This document shows positions 12,570 through 27,293 of a DNA stretch of 64,000 bases, piece by piece. A model generated the notes under the pieces. It was not told where the DNA came from. It made no database searches and saw nothing but the letters and a program-made list of their open reading frames with translations. This stretch comes from the human T2T-CHM13v2.0 reference genome, Homo sapiens. Within the stretch, counting starts at the first letter, position 1; each line of letters starts with the position of its first letter. The translations under genes and the position numbers were made by a program. The DNA is taken from assembly GCF_009914755.1 (NCBI RefSeq), contig NC_060926.1, one strand, 5' to 3'.

Positions 12570-12720
12570 GGGCTGATGTCATCACTGAGGAAATTTCTTG
12601 ACCCTCGTGCTGTACAACTTTTATGATGCATGATTAGGAAAAAGCAGTCTCTCTCTCCTGATAGGATCTCTCTCTCCTGATAGGATCTGGGACTGGGAAC
12701 ACAAGCAATATGACGTCACA
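12570..12720. promoter_or_regulatory. Candidate enhancer with full CRE
   Basis: TGACGTCA 12711-12718, CRE variant TGATGTCA 12574-12581, NF-kB-like GGAAATTTC ~12589-12597, in unique sequence. Confidence 0.3.
12648..12688. repeat. 19-bp perfect tandem duplication
   Basis: tctctctctcctgatagga at 12648-12666 and 12667-12685. Confidence 0.9.
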
Positions 12721-13713
12721 AAACCTAGGATTCTGCTTCATCCTGCCAGCTCAGCAGCTGTGGTTAGCAGTAGCATTACCTCCTCTGGCCATGGCTGGTA
12801 GTATTTCCCAAGAGGGAAATACTGAGGTCCAAACATTGCAGTGAACAAAAGAACTGATTGCCGTAAGCATTGGAATGCAGCCAGTTTGCATAGAGATTTG
12901 CAAGAAGCCAACTGTTTTCTGAGATCAGTCTTGGATAAGATAACTTTTACATCTCTGTCTATAACACAAACCCAAAGGATGTCCACATTGTCTGCAACTC
13001 GTACCATTTGGACTTAAAAGATTATGAGACTACCTACAGACACAGTCACAGAACACATTAAAATATGATTAGACATGGCTGGGTGACTGCAACTAGCACA
13101 TAGAAAATGATTATTTGTAAGAACAAAACTGGGATACACACATTATCTAGTGCATAGTGTCATATGGCAAATATCTTTAGCCTTTTTGGAAGCATTGTTT
13201 CCAAATCTTTTCCAGTAACTTAAGAACCTGTTTCATCCTGAAGAAAAGAAAAACCACACACAATTCACTCAGCATTCAGCCAGGAGATAGTCGTGTCTAC
13301 AGGTTGGTGTCTGCTCAGCCTTTTTCAAAGGACAGTCAAGATATTCCAGCTGCTTGAGGAAGTCAGGATGTGGGGAAAAAACTCTGCAACCGTGTGGATC
13401 CAGATTATCCCCTACTCCTGAATCTGGAATACCAAGAGACATGAGAAGAGGGAGAAAACGCACCCTGCAGCCATAGGTATATTCAGGACTTGTATAATTT
13501 TAGATAAGTGATCCATCTAGTACACCAGTTTGGGAGAAACACTGAGTTGTCCTTGGTTTGACTGTTCCAGAGTTACATTTATCTCTCATTATGTGAGCCA
13601 TAAGGGCCATTGCATCGCACATGGGACAGTCCAGGGCTATACTGACTTAGCAGGGAAGAGTTCATTGTCTGACTGAGTTATGTATTAATATCTTAATTCT
13701 TGACTATGATCAG

Positions 13714-14093
13714 TGCTATTATTTGAATGTGTTTCTCCCACCCAAAATTTAATGTGTTGGAAACTTAATCTTCAAATTTTTATGTTGATGGTATTTGGAA
13801 GTGGGGTCTTTGGGAAGGAACTAGGATTACATAATGTCATCAGGGTGGGGCTTCCATGATGGGACTGGTGGCTTAATAAGAAGAGGAAGAGAAGCCTGAG
13901 CTGACACGCTCCTGCCTTCTCACCCTGAGAAAGCCTTCTGCCATCTATGACACAGTACAAAGCACCTTGCCAGATGTTGGTGCCATGCTCCTGGACTTCC
14001 CAGACTCCAGAAATGAACTAAATAAATCTCTACTCTTTATAAATTGCCCCATATATGGTATTCATTTATGGCAACAGAAAACAGACTAAGACA
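13714..14093 (+). mobile_element. ERVL-MaLR solo LTR (MSTC/MSTD-like)
   Basis: TG...CA ends (tgctattatttgaatgtg ... acagactaagaca), ggacttcccagactccagaa, AATAAA. Confidence 0.85.
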
Positions 14094-14378
14094 ATAGCAA
14101 CATCTGTATTTGGATATTTAATAACTCTGCCTTGATTGTGAGGTCTGCCTTAAGGATTCTAGTGTTTCCAGAAGGTTGTCAGCTAACAACCACCGGGTGC
14201 CATCCCTTTGGATGATGTTGTATTATCTGAAAATCACAGGGACAGAGGGTCATTCTGGGGTTCCTTTCTTCTCTGCCATCCTGATTGTTGCATTCTCCCT
14301 AACATCCCCTCAATCTATACACTAACTGATCTCATTGTATCCACCATATCACAAAGGGGGCCACTCATATATCTCCTG

Positions 14379-14421
14379 TTTTTTGTTTTTTTGTTTTGTT
14401 TTTTTTGTTTGTTTGTTTTTT
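14379..14421. repeat. T-rich (TTTG)n simple repeat
   Basis: Direct reading. Confidence 0.8.
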
Positions 14422-15209
14422 GCTTAATGTTACTAGGCATACTGTCTTAGCCTTCCCTTGACTGGAGTCTTATCTCTCTATAATGACTACCTTCAAGATC
14501 TTTAACATCTACTAAAACATTCTGCTTGGTGTTCAGGATTTCATAAGGTTTCTTCTTAAGGGCAGTATGAGTCTACCTGTGCCCACAACTCTGTCTCACA
14601 ATTGCCCACCCCCTCCAAGATACGTCTTTGATCTTTAGCCCCTTGATTTTCTTTCAAATGACCATGATAAGCTGGCTCACAGCACTAACTACCACACAAT
14701 CTGAATAGGTGGCTGGATGGTGCCATTTGAGAACTCCTAGGGTAGTGTGCTCTGGGCTAAAGTCTCAGAGTAGGATCAGTAGCAGCTGGACAGGTCACCA
14801 GAGCCATCCATCTTAGTGCAGCCACCAGACATCTGTCAAGGACAGACTTTGGACTGTGTGGCATTTAAGCTCCTCCCATGGCATGATTGTGGGATTGGGC
14901 TCAAACCTGGTGGTTGACCAGAATTGATTGCTTCAAGACCTAAACCATAGCCAGGTTCCATGGAGATCTACAGGAGGCCAAGGCCTGACTGCAAGGGATA
15001 ATTTTTGAACACTTCTCATATTGGTTCTGAAAAATTGCTGGCACTTTTGAGAGTGGCCCCAAATTTTACTTTGTGCAACAGATTATTATTTGACAATTTC
15101 AATGAGTACTGTTGAAAGAGAACTTAAAACAGTCCTTATAAAAAATAATGCCTTCAAATTAATTTATTTGTTCTTTAATTTATTATCTCATTCAAATATT
15201 TATTTAATA

Positions 15210-15536
15210 TAGATTGAGCAGCCCTATTCTGAAAATCCAAAATCTGAAATGCTCCAAATCTGAAACTCTTTGAGCAGCAAAATCACAGCACAAGTGGAAA
15301 ATTCCACTCCTGGTCTCATGTGATGGGTGCACAAAATTATTCAAAATATTGTATAAAATTAGCTTCAGCCTACACACATAAGGTGTATATGAAACATAGA
15401 TGAATTTTGTGTTTAGATTTGGGTACTGTCCCCAAGATATCTCATTATGAGTATGTAACTATTTCAAAATCTGAAAAAATATAAAATCGGAAATACTTCT
15501 GGTTCCAAGCATTTCAGACAAAGGATATTCAAGCTG
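15210..15536. mobile_element. TcMar-Tigger MITE (Tigger4b/MER46-like)
   Basis: TIR-like ends tagattgagcagccct / ggatattcaagctg, TA flanks, repeated ccaaaatctgaaa. Confidence 0.85.
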
Positions 15537-15789
15537 TAGTAACTACATATCCATATGCTGATCACTTAAACATATATTTTAAAAAGTCCAACCACAAGGA
15601 TTTTATTATACCATACCATGTAGTTTGAGTGAAAAAGCTAATATACCTGTGTGTCCAGATTAATCAGTGAATTTAATCATGAATCAAATACATGAAAATA
15701 TGAGATGTTACAAAATGGTGTGGATTTAAGTGTTTCATGGGTGTTGAGGTGTCCAAATTCGTTCAATACTGCCAATGCACCAATAACCA

Positions 15790-16390
15790 ACTAACCAGCC
15801 TAAGTTAATCAAAGGTCTCCAAATTTGGCTACCCACATCAGGCCCCACCCTGTTCCATTCTCCATACACCCCTACTAACAAAATCTTTTTAGATGGCAAA
15901 TCTGATCATGCCGACCACCCTCACCCCACTTCACCTCAGTTTAAATGCTTCAAGGGCTGCCACTGTTCATGGATGGACAGCCCCCCATGCCCACCTCTCA
16001 AGCCCCATCTCACAACTTGCCCTCTACCCTTTTTCTTCTTTTCATGCTCATTCCTGCTGCAAGGTTTTTGCTCCTGTTGTTCCACTGCCTAAAACTCCTC
16101 TTTAAATATGACTCATTGTTTAGCCCATTATCATGTCTTTGTGAAGGCCTTTCGTACACTCTCTACTGGTTAAATTCTCTTGTATAGATTCTCATGGCAT
16201 CGTGCACCTCTCTTGCAAGTTACTGTTGAACTACTGTATTTGTTTGTGTAATTGTTTAATTGATATTTATCTTCCCCACTAGTCTCTGAGCTTCTTGAGG
16301 TTAAAGCTCATCCTGTGTTTGCTCATTCTTTTATCCTCAGCACCAAACACTAGGCATGGCAATAGTGGGTACTCGGGGATTGAGAATATG
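15790..16390 (+). mobile_element. L2 LINE fragment
   Basis: aaatctgatcatg...; cccactagtctctgagcttcttgagg...atcctcagcaccaaacac 3' pattern. Confidence 0.65.
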
Positions 16391-16405
16391 AACATATCAC
16401 TGTAG

Positions 16406-16780
<375 letters not shown>

Positions 16781-16940
16781 GGGAGATAGGTCTTGATTGG
16801 CAGGAAAGAGCTGTGAAGATATTTCTAGCGGGGAAGAACTTTGTGAACAGAAGCAGAGAAACCTGTAGAAGCGTGATGCCCTTAACATATGATGCAAGAT
16901 CCACATTAGAAATGAATAGATGAAAAGCTGAAAAGATAAG

Positions 16941-18263
16941 TATGGCAAGATGTATTTCCCAGAGATGTGCCACAACAGCAATTTTCATTTCCTGTGTTCT
17001 TCTGTGATGCCTACTATCGTTGTCTAGTTCCCACTATTGTTTGTAGGGAGTTGAGGACCAATAGCTTGTCCCTTGGAACTGTACTCAAAGCCCTTGGCCT
17101 AAGGAGCTTCATCTTTTTCTAGACCTGATCTACATGAGATCTTGGCCCTTAAGCTGGAATTATAATGTGATAAGACACTGTGGTGTTTGCAAAGGGTTTT
17201 TGCATTTTGCATGGTTAAGAATTGTTGTGGCCTAATGTCCAACAATGATAGACTGGATTAAGAAAATGTGGCACATATACACCATGGAATACTATGCAGC
17301 CATAAAAAATGATGAGTTCACGTCCTTTGTAGGGACATGGATGAAGCTGGAAACCATCATTCTCAGCAAACTATCGCAAGGACAGAAAACCAAACACCAC
17401 ATGTTCTCACTCATAGGTGGGAATTGAACAATGAGAACACATGGCCAGAGGAAGGGGAACATCACACACCGGGGACTGTTGTCGGTGGGGGTAGGGGGGA
17501 GGGATAGCATTAGGAGATACACCTAATGCTAAATGACGAGTTAATGGGTGCAGCGCACCATCATGGCACATGCATACATATGTAACTAACCTGCACTTTG
17601 TGCACATGTACCCTAAAACTTAAAGTATAATAATAAAATAAAATAAAATAATTGTGGCCAGAGAGTGGGCTGTGGCAGATTATGTTTCCTAAAGATCTCA
17701 GCATCAATATCTCCATCCCACAAGACAATAAAGACATTCTTACCACCAAACAGAGGTGTCCATATTTATTTCCTCCTATGGAACTGGAATGGAACCTTGT
17801 GACTACCGTGACCAAGGAAGTACAGTAGAGGTGAAGTCATGAGATTCCTGAGGCTAGTTTATCAAAGTTCATGCAGGTTCTGTTTGGATTTCTTGGAACA
17901 CTCACTGTCCACATGACCCTTATCATGACATTCCATATTGGAACCCAGCCATCTTGCTGAAAGAAACCCAAGCCAAATGGAGAAGCATGGAAAAGTTTTA
18001 GTCAGCACTTCCAGATGAGCCCAGCCTTTGATTCATCCCACCCAGGTACCAGATATGTAAGTGAACAAGCCCCCAGAAGATTCCAGCCACAACCATTTGA
18101 GCCTTCCCCGCTGAGGCTGCAGACATCCAAAAGGGCAGAGATGTGGCATTTCTGCTGTGCCAAATCTGAATTCCTGACCTACAGACCTATGGGCATAAAA
18201 GGGTTGTTGTTTTATGCCACTAAGTTTGGGGTGGTTTTTATGCAGCAATATATAACCTGAACA
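16941..18263 (+). mobile_element. ERVL-MaLR (MLT1G/H-like) remnant: partial LTR, internal 3' end and 3' LTR, interrupted by L1PA
   Basis: LTR start tgtggcagatta at 17671 preceded by PPT-like ggccagagagtgggc; LTR end aagtttggggtggtttttatgcagcaata...aca at 18263; similar LTR start at 16941. Confidence 0.6.
17233..17650 (+). mobile_element. L1PA (L1PA3-like) 5'-truncated 3' end
   Basis: Encodes ORF2 C-terminus MIDWIKKMWHIYTMEYYAAIKNDEF...SLIGGN, G-rich 3'UTR, (TAAAA)n tail, TSD-like attg(ttg)tggcc on both sides. Confidence 0.93.
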
Positions 18264-19104
18264 ATAAAACCAGATTGTGGGAGCCTTGCATATCAGACCA
18301 AGGAATGTAAATTTCATCCTGCAGGTCAGTGATTTTCTTACTCTGGTCCACAGAGACCCCTCCATGGCCTCAAGGGAAGGCAGCACTGGGAAAGGGAGAC
18401 AGAGCACTCGGGGTGCACAGCCATCTACTTCCATCATTTGCATCTGCTTTGTGTACTGGGTTTCCAGGTGTGCCTTTGCTTAAGGGCTGTGATAAAAATA
18501 ATCAAGTATAGGTACTTTTCTGGATGTAAATTAATAGCCATGACTCTATAAGGTCATATTTATAAACCAGAGGAGCTTCTCATGGACACACTGCTGGATC
18601 AGTAGTTCAATGCTCCTCCAGGCACCTGCTGCAAGCATGTCTGCATATTCTCCTGTGTGAGGTTTGACTCAGTTATGGGTCACTATAGTGATCTCTTACC
18701 TGTCATTGCTCTCCAAGCTCTTGTCAGGCCTATGCTGCCGTCACAGACTGCATCTTTCACCTCATGCTAATTTCTCTCCAGCTGAGCTGCTGTATCCCAA
18801 TGCTTCCCAAGTTAGGTCTTTGGACAAGCCTCAAAACAGAATCGTCTGTTAAAAAATGAGTTTTCGGGTGCATTTCCCCATATCTACCTGTGGAATCTGA
18901 GTCTTTGGGGGTTGGTTGTAACAGTTAACTATTCAAAATATGAGAAATCGACTCCACCTTTTAATACGAGTAACTACGAAGTCACAATGCAAGGCACGGA
19001 TCTAGGCATGGATTCAGGGAGTTCATTAATTGGGTCAGTATACCATAGGGGTAGGGATTTAAAATATGCTTTTTGAACATGCTGTCCAGGGCCTACAAGC
19101 ATTT

Positions 19105-19980
<876 letters not shown>

Positions 19981-20239
19981 GCCTGAGAGCATCTTTTACA
20001 CATCAAAGTTTGAGAAGCCCAGGACTTACAAAGAAGCACCAGACTCCAGAGCCTGTATCTAATAGAGTCAACTCTATTAAGCGATAGCTATGTCACAAGA
20101 GCCATTGAGAGTTTCTGCGGGGAGCTTCAGAGGGAGTAACCTGTTGACTCAGTGCAGAGTGGAATGGAACAGAGAAAGACTGCCAACAGGAAACTAGTTA
20201 AGTTGTTTTAATAACTTAGGTGTGAGGTGACAAGGGCCT

Positions 20240-20710
20240 GGGAAATCAAGGTGTCATCTGTGCTGCATTCCTTTCTGAGCTCTCTAGAGAAAAATTGGTT
20301 GTACTGTTTATTTCAGCTTACATGCCGTGGCTTCACCTCCATCTTCGAAGCCAGCAGTGTGACATCTTCACATCTCCCTCTGACACTGACTTTCCTTCCT
20401 CACTCTTTCCCCTCCGAGGATCCTCGTGATTACAGAGCCCACCCACATAATCCAAGAAAACCTCTGCATCTCAAAATCCTTACTTGAATCGTGATTTGTT
20501 CAAAGAGTCTGGGAATTAGGACATGGATTTCGTTGTTACTATAATTTTCTTTTGTACAGACAGGCCTCGCTTTGTTGCCCAGGCTGGTCTCAAACTCCTG
20601 GCCTTGTGATATTCCTGCCTCAGCCTCCCAAAGCGTTGGGATTACTGGCATGAGCCACCATCCTGGACAGGACACGGATTTTGTTGGGAGCCATTATTCT
20701 GTCTAGTACA
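20240..20710 (-). mobile_element. ERVL-MaLR LTR (MLT1C/D-like), interrupted by Alu monomer
   Basis: aaatcaaggtgtca...ctgcattcctttctg...gcccacccacataatccaag...ccattattctgtctagtaca. Confidence 0.7.
20531..20668 (-). mobile_element. Free left Alu monomer (FLAM/AluJ)
   Basis: Single Alu arm; TSD aggaca(t/c)ggattt at 20518-20530 and 20669-20681. Confidence 0.85.
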
Positions 20711-21685
20711 CTAGTCTTTGCCCTTCTGAGGACCTTCTGTGTAGAAAGCAGGTAAAGAATCTGTGGGTGGTTATCCACTGGTGTCCGTTTTTAATTGTCT
20801 GGGGGTTCCCCTGGGGGCATTAAACCTCACACACTTCTTGATGCTCCAGCAATGGGCCAGCAAGCTCCTATGACTCAAGAAAAAGCTCTCAGGCAGAGAA
20901 GCTGAGAAAAGTGGGTGCTTGAGGTGGAAACTGTGCTCTGAGGTTGCAGGTTAGTTCAGAGGTGAAGGAAATGTTTATGGGCAAAGTAAGAGCCACATCT
21001 GGTACAGATCATTATCATTATCACCTCCAAAGCCAAAGCATGATATTACCAGGCCCATCTATCCTTAGACTCATTTTTCTGCTCCTTCTTTTTCAATTCC
21101 CCTTGTTGAAAACATGTTTTCCAGGCAAAGACTAGAAGAAACTTTGCCAAGCCTATGAAGTGTTCAGACTCTCTCACAGAGTCACTTCCTCTGCCCTTCT
21201 ATGGGGATTTGTCCTTCACAATCCCTGTGACCTGACACCACCTATCTTTATTCTTAATAGTTACAATAGCTACTATTTTAACACCATCTCTGTTCCCTAA
21301 CTAGGCAGCTAAATTGTTGAAAGCTGGAGCTAAATTTTTTTAAACAATCACTTTATTTTTAGCTGGAAGTGGTGCTTAGTCCACGGCTGGTAAACAAACC
21401 CACAAAGAACTAAGTGCAGTGCAGGCTCAGGAATCACTGTAGGACCAGAACAGTGGTTTGCCCACACACTTATCAATGCCTTTTTAGCATTAAGTGGGTA
21501 CTTGTGATTGGTTTGGGAATGACTGGAAGGGTTATACTCAGTCTTCCCTTGCAGTTTCTTCTATGTATTTTGCTTGTACCAAAACCTCAACTTTAACAGT
21601 AAGAAAAAAGTCATAGGTTTGTAAATCAAAGACCATATGCAACTTGAGCACTGAGTAATACTGAGCCTGAAAATCTGCCCAAAAT

Positions 21686-21755
21686 TTAACTATAAGAGGA
21701 TGCTACCTTAACTACAAGAGAGTGCCACCTTAACTACAAGAGAGTGCCACCTTAA
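21686..21755. repeat. 22-bp minisatellite, ~3.2 copies
   Basis: ttaactacaagagagtgccacc perfect at 21708-21729 and 21730-21751, diverged copy at 21686-21707. Confidence 0.9.
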
Positions 21756-24700
21756 TGGATGAATTGCTCAGGGCCCTTCCCAAGCCAGAATACCATTCCC
21801 TCACTGGATTTTCATCCTTTAAGCCTTGTCCCGCTCCATTATCAGCCTGCCTGGGAGAAGTGGCAGAACCCAGAGCATGAGAGGCAAAGTAGGTAGGAGA
21901 CAGAGCGGGGACTTCTCAACCTATAATTACTTATAAAAGGTGAAATAAACCCTTCATTTTAAAGAGGAAAATGAATGCGACAGCAAAGTGATGGGCTTTA
22001 GGAAATGCATCCACTCTATTTTAAGCTGTGGATGGCACAATTCTGATGTCAGCAAGTTGGCAGCTTTTACTTAGAAAAGCATTATTACAACGATTTCACA
22101 TCTCATTATCTACTTATTTTTAAAAATGCACACTCACGATTTTATTGTTCATGGGCATTGCAAAGCAGTTACCTAGAGCTTCATCATTTAAATCTCATGC
22201 ATATTGGTCTTTGTCTCCTATGAGTGTAATAGTGCTCAAGTGAGTTTAAATGAGATACATATATAATTTCCAGAAGGTGAGGTTTCTCACTGAATTTTCA
22301 TAACATTTGCTCTTGTGTCCTCCATGTCAAGAATGAAAGATTATTTCAGAGAACAAGCAACATTGTTTGGATGGCCTGATCTAAGTGCAGACTGAAAATG
22401 AGCTGACTTTCCATGGCCATTTCCATGGATCGCCTTCTTTGCTTTGCTTCTCTTCCTATGTCAGCTTCTCTGAAGAAGACATAGAGTGCAGATGTTCATT
22501 ATTCACTCATTTATTTGTTTCCATTCAAAAAACATTTGTTAAAGTCCCCTTTACTATTTTATGTCACTGTCACAACATAGGAGTACACAAAGGATGATAA
22601 TCTTTATGTTATTGGATTGAAAATTATTACTCAAGCAATAATGTAATAAGAAATATAATTATCAAATTACACTGCATTTTATTCAATATGCTTCTCCCAG
22701 AGTCTCACACACTTACCTAACTCTGTTAGGTCAGACTTGAGTCCTAACTTATGCGCAACTGGTCGGCACTCATTAGTACATGGGAATCACATGAGGGTAG
22801 TCAGCTCTTCAATCAAAAGCCAGCTTCGTGTTAGTTAGGGAGATGATCTCACTGTTGAGTTATAACGCCCGCTTTTATTTCTCATACAAATATATCACTT
22901 TGTCTGTTTTCTTCTTTCAAACAGCCAGTATATACTTAATAATCGTGTATGTTAAAGGATTTTATCTATGTTCTTTGATTTATAAAGCATGTTACTCATA
23001 TTATTATTTTAGGTAGCATGCCAATTCTTTTTATGAATATAAAAATAACAAAATGTTTTAAAATTAGTGCATTTGTCATTTTGTCCCAATCAACCGGAGT
23101 AGACACTTTGGAGTTATCTTTGATTATCTTCACTCTCCTCCCACATATTCAGTTGAGCCTTGGAAAGATGGATATCGGTCAGGGCCACATAACAAGGTCA
23201 CAGTGAAACCACTAATTTTACAGTTTTGGGCTTAATATTATTTACTTTCAACTGCACATGGATAAATTGAAATCATACTTAAAGCAATATTGAAGAAAGC
23301 AGTTTACTGTGAACATTGATGCCAAACCCCAGAATATAAATAAACATAATATTAAATGATTCACACGTGCACACACATACAGAGAGATACACACACACAT
23401 CCTTATCTAGTCCTCACCATGACTCTGCAAACTGATGCTCACCTACTCAGTATTTGCTTGCACCAACTATCAGTTCAAAACGTTGCAAAGTACCCTGTGT
23501 CCTCAGAAAATAGAGATCTTCTCAGCCTGATATTCAAGTCTTGCAGAACCTGGCCTCAGCTAAACTCTCAACTAAAACACGTCCACTTGTCTAGCTAGAC
23601 TGGCTGATGGCCTGCCCTTTATGTATCATTTGCCTATTTTAACTTTCAGACTGTGTTCACAGTGTCCACCTCCCACCCACCCCATCATACCTATCCTGAA
23701 CATCCCTCAAACTTTCACTTAACAGCCCAATTCACAGTAATCACTCTGTCTTCTGAATTCCTGCAGTGATTTTTCTTCCTAATCATGGAAACTTAATTAT
23801 GTGCTGTCCTGTATCATAGGCTCTTTTTTATTGGTGTTTGAAAAATCTCTTTGAGTAGAGCTAGTCCTGAAAGCAAGATTTTTTTTTCTTTTTCTTGGAG
23901 TTACCAGTGTGCCAAGCACAGAATTTTATACAAAATTTTAGCACTTTAGATGAATTACCACTTTGATGAATTGATACAGCACAAAGGTAAGCAAAATCCC
24001 TCAGAATACTTTTCCAAAATATATCCTGGTATGTAATTTTTTATAATCCTTTGTTGGTCTGAATAAGTCACTCTGTATTCCAATAAACCTAGGGGGTATT
24101 CAGAACAAAAGAACCACGTTCTGTAATCTGACATGCCGTTGAATTAACATGACCCTTTGGTGATTTTTTTTATTTGAAACTAAAATATTTATCCCTGCCC
24201 TATTCATGAAAGAAATGTCTCTCTTTTAACTACTTGAAAACTGCAACATGCAGTTATGGGAAGTGTCCATTAAGACGGGAGGATTGTGTCATTCTCTTTG
24301 GCTGAAGAGTTCCGGTAGCAGCCGGTTTTCTTCCAGTCCTTAAATCTCACAGCATTCTGCCTGTTTCCACGTGGCATTGTATGAGTGAGGAAATTATTGT
24401 AGCACATATTGACAAACACTTGGCTGATGATACAGGTCTGTGATAATAATATTTGTGACTGCTATTGATCCCACAACTCAATTGACCATTTGCTAACTAA
24501 TATGTTAACTGGACATGAAAAAGAAGCATTAATAAAGACTTTTAAAGTAAACTATTTGACTTCCTGTTCATGTGAGATGGAGCAGATTCATTTCTTATGG
24601 CTCTTTTCCTTTCCCCTGTGAGTACAACTTTAACCCCTGGGAACAGCACAAGATGAAATCAAAAGCAAACTTGTAAAGGTGGATAGAGGAAGGAGAACTT

Positions 24701-26976
24701 GTTAGAAACCCCAGAACTAGAGGAATCACATAGTGGCAGAGTGTCTTGGGACCACCCACTCAACAGCAGAAGGGAAACCATGTCTGGCATCTCCCAACTC
24801 TAAACTAGCAACAGAAGGCAGTCTAGGTATGCTCGTTCCTCTGGATAATTGAACTAGAGTCTCAATGACAACACAGGTGAGTCAGGCAGCACAGGGGAGA
24901 GGACCTATTGCATACCCTGTTAAAAATAAGAAGCACACCAACACTGAGGCTCTTTTTCCCCCACAGAGAGACACCTGGCAGGTGGCAGATTCCAGCAAGG
25001 GTAATCCGGCCACAACAAGCACCTGGTCCAGGGAGCATCTTTGTTCTCTTATGAATGAGACTCCCCTCTGCTACCTAGAGAAAACAAGTTGCTGGTCTGG
25101 CTGGCAAAAGGGATCCCCCTACAACAAATGACCCAGCCTGCAAAGCTTTATCATCTCAAAGGAAATAAAATATTCAGAGACCTGAATGAAAAGAAAAATA
25201 TAACATATCAAATATACGGGATGCAAATAAAGCAGTGCTAATAGGCAAATTGATAGCTAATAGTAGAAAAGAGGAAAGGTCACAAATCAATAATCTAAGT
25301 TCTAACATCAGGAAACTAGAAAAAGAAAAGCAAAATAAACCCAAAACAAACAGAAGGAAGGAAATAATAAAAATAACAAGAGAAATCAATGAAATTAAAA
25401 ACAGGGAAACAATTGAGATAATAAATGAAGCAAATATCTAGTTATTAGAAAGAACCACTGTAATTGATAAAACTTCAACAAGACTATCAAAGGTAAAGAA
25501 AAAACAGCAATCACTAATATCAGGAATTAAACAGCGAATATTGCTACTGATCTTACAGGCAATAAAAGAATTATAAGGAAATATAAACAACTTCATGTAT
25601 GCTCATAAATGTGACAACTAGAAGACATAGACCAATTCCTCAAAAACTACAAACAACCAAAACTCAAGAAGGATGAAGATTATCTGAATGGTTCTATAAC
25701 CATTAAATAAATACAATTTGTAATTTAAAAGCTCTCAAAGGAAATATTTATGATCCAATGGTATCACTGGAGAATTCTACCAAACATTTAAAACAGCAAT
25801 TAAAACCATTTTGTGCGTTTTCTTACCAAAAAACTGAATCTGGGGTGTAATTCCCAGCTCATTTTACGAGGCCCGTATTACCTTGATAACCCAAACTAGA
25901 AAAATACAGCAATAAAAGAAAACTACTGACTAATATCTCTCATAAAATTACACACACAAAAATCCTCAATGAAACATCAACAAGTCAAACCTAACAAGGT
26001 ATAAAATGAATTTTACACCATGATTAAATAAGATTTACTTCAGGTATACAAGGCTAGTTCAACATGTGAAATCAATCAGTGTAATCAACCTTATTAATAG
26101 ACTAGAAAAGAAACTGCAAATGATCATATCCATTAGTGCTGAAAAAGTGTTTGACAAAACCCAAAACCCATTCATGATAAAAACTCTAAGTTAGGAATAC
26201 AGAAAATTATTTTAACAAAGAATAGCTACAAAACATCTATAGCCAGCAACATACTTAATTGGTGAATGCTATTTCCTAATATCACCACTCTTATTTAACA
26301 CAGAATTGAAAGTTCTGCCCACTTCAATAGAGCAAAAAAAAAAAAAAAAAAAAGCATACCAATTGTAAAGGAAGAAAAAATACTGTCTTTATTTGCAGAT
26401 GACATGATAATCTACTTAAAAATTTCAGGGAATCTACAAAAAAAAACCCTCTTAGAACTAATAAGTATGTTTAGCAAGGTCACAGGACACAATTTCAACA
26501 GCAAAAAATAATTGCATTTCTACATACTAAGAATGACCATGTCAAAACTTAAATTAAAAACAATAACAATTACAGTAACTCCAAAGGAAATGAAATATGT
26601 CGATATAAACTTCACAAAATATGTAAAAAACCAATATGCTGAAAATTACAAAGTCCAGTGAAAAAAATCAAAGACCTCAATAAATGGAAAGACACACTGT
26701 GTTCATATATTGGAAGACTTAACATAGTAAAGATGCCTCTTCTTCTCAAATTGACTATGGATTTAATGTAACTTCTATCAAAAATTCAGGAAGCTTTCAT
26801 CTGTTGACCTAGACAAGCACATTTTAAAATTTATGGAAAGATACAAACTCCAGAATAACTAAAAATAACTTGAAAAAGAAGAATAAGGTGAGAGGAAACA
26901 CTGTACTCAATATTAAGGCTAACTACATAGCTACAGTCATCAAACTGTATGGTATTGATAAGAAGATAGATGCATA

Positions 26977-27293
26977 GGCCAGGCACGGTGGCTCACGCCG
27001 ACTGTAATCCCAGCACTTTGGGAGGCCGAGGCAGGCAGATCACGAGGTCAGGCAATCGAGACCATCCTGGCTAACACAGTGAAACCCCATCTCTACTAAA
27101 AATACAAAAAAAAAAAAAAAAAAATAGCCGGGTGTGGTGGCGGGCGCCTGTAGTCCCAGCTACTCGGGTGGCTGAGGGAGGAGGATGGCATGAACCCGGG
27201 AGGCGGAGCTGGCAGTGAGCCAAGATTGCGCCACTGCTCCCCAGCCTGGGCGACAGAGCAAGACTCCGTCTCAAAAAAAAAAAAAAAAAAAAA
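26977..27293 (+). mobile_element. AluY-like insertion in L1 ORF2
   Basis: atcgagaccatcctggctaacac; TSD aagaa..tagatgcat on both sides. Confidence 0.9.

Noticed and set aside
21686-21755. CRISPR-like repeat array
   Set aside because: Units are head-to-tail with no spacers, in eukaryotic DNA; a minisatellite.
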